From NCBI GenBank assembly GCA_051942205.1, contig JAVECO010000003.1, positions 292,791 through 312,790 of the forward strand: DNA of 20,000 nt, written 5' to 3'. The stretch comes from Coniocarpon cinnabarinum. Lineage: Eukaryota. Made by a program: the position numbers and the translations under genes. Below, piece by piece: positions 18,856 to 20,000 of this stretch (its first letter is position 1; each line of letters opens with the position of its first letter). The notes beneath the pieces are model-generated. The model searched no databases. It was not told the DNA's origin and worked only from the letters and a program-made list of their open reading frames with translations.

Positions 18856-20000
18856 CTACGACGATGCGGCTTTCGCATTCCTAACATAGTTCTCTACATT
18901 TTCGTTGACCGTGACGTCGTCCCGGAATCCAAGAGTCTTCGCCCAACTCGTGTCGAACACAGCGGGCCAGCTATCTACGATCCTCTCGATGACGGGATCT
19001 ATCTTTTCTTCTATGAGGTCGTTGACTGTTTGCTCGCCCTGTAATCCGTCGTGTTAGCAAATGCCAGTGTTCTCTCAACGCGTCAAAAGGTGTTGCGAGC
19101 AGCGAATGCGGATGTACTGGGCAAGATCGGGGCTGCTCTAGAAACTGCGATCTGCTGTGCAGCGTCCATGCCTCGGGTAAGCACAAATCTGGCTCCATGG
19201 GAGGACAGAAATGCAAGGGGCTTGCATCTCCCACCTTTGTGAATAGGCACCGCTGCTCGCCCGTCGCTTAGCCTTAAGGTAGCTGCATAGCACACCGCGA
19301 GCGCAGCAACACACCTACCTTGATACAACCTACCCAGAACCTGCAAAATAAAAACATGCAGAAATGCTCGACTTACCACAGCCCCACTCAGAGCCTCCAA
19401 AATATCTGAGACTGTACACGTCCTCCCAGGCAAATTGACAACCCGTCCGGTTCCCACGGTCTTTCCTTCAATCTTTCCAACCCCAAGCGCATGCATCAAA
19501 TTCGCAATGACGACTTCCGGCGAACACACCCATATCTTCGTCTCCCGTCTTACAGGTAGAATATTCTTCTCTCCCTTCACAGTCTCGCGCACGATCCCGC
19601 TCGCAAACGAGGAAGCCGCACCACTTGGTTTCCCCGGTCGAACAATGACGGTCGGTAACCTGACGACCAATCCATCTAATAATCCTCTTCGCGTATAATC
19701 GAGTAACAACGTCTCAATCACATGTTTCTCCGCCCCGTAACTCCCTGCTGGAAGCGGCTGCGTCCTCTCAGTGACAACCACATCATGTGCCCTCTTCCCA
19801 TCATGAAGCTCACTCAAGTGCCCAAACACAGCCGTCGAACTCGTGAAAACAACACGAACCCCTGTATGAAATGTGCGGAGATGATCGAGAAGATGGCGAT
19901 AACTGTCGATGTTTACAGCGAGGCCTAGTTCGAGATTTTGCTCAGACGCACCGGACATGAGGCCGTGTAATGCGTAAATGGCTTTTAAGGGTCGGGAGGG
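18856..20000 (-). CDS. NAD-dependent epimerase/dehydratase (extended SDR; D-erythronate dehydrogenase DenD-like), 5' end outside the window
   Basis: The exon from >20000 to 19377 has IYALHGLMSGASE.NLELGLAVN, FTSSTAVFG, YGAEK (YxxxK) and RLPTVIVRPGKPSGAASSFASGIVRE. The intron is 19376-19039 (GTAAGT...GCTAAC...CAG, phase 0, 338 nt). The last exon, 19038-18856, reads GEQTVNDLIEEKIDPVIERIVDSWPAVFDTSWAKTLGF...AASS*, a family-typical C-terminus. Confidence 0.87.

Noticed and set aside
1..20000. Transposons, RIP-mutated repeats, CRISPR, tRNA/rRNA
   Set aside because: No transposase or reverse transcriptase motifs, AT-rich blocks, terminal repeats, spacer arrays or cloverleaf/rRNA signatures were seen.

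Overview
Gene-dense window from a filamentous ascomycete (Pezizomycotina-type GT-AG introns with RCTRAY branch points). It holds seven protein-coding genes. (1) The 5' part of the giant HECT E3 ligase TOM1/HUWE1 (minus strand, runs off the left edge, absent from the ORF track). (2) A secreted Ser/Thr/Ala-rich, probably GPI-anchored surface protein. (3) A histidine-phosphatase (PGM-family) protein. (4) A divergently transcribed ~937-aa nuclear protein with three tandem Zn2Cys6-type clusters. (5) A 7-exon SPX-EXS (SYG1/XPR1/PHO1 family) phosphate exporter. (6) A PFK-2/FBPase-2 (FBP26-like) gene. (7) The 3' part of an NAD-dependent epimerase/dehydrogenase. No rRNA, tRNA, transposon or CRISPR was recognised. 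The best leads are a consensus PCNA-binding PIP box at the phosphatase C-terminus, the triple Zn-cluster protein sharing its promoter, a uORF ending 8 nt before the SPX-EXS start, and two unusually long structured introns, one of which carries a decoy-like copy of its own 3' splice region. All calls come from manual reading; no searches were run.
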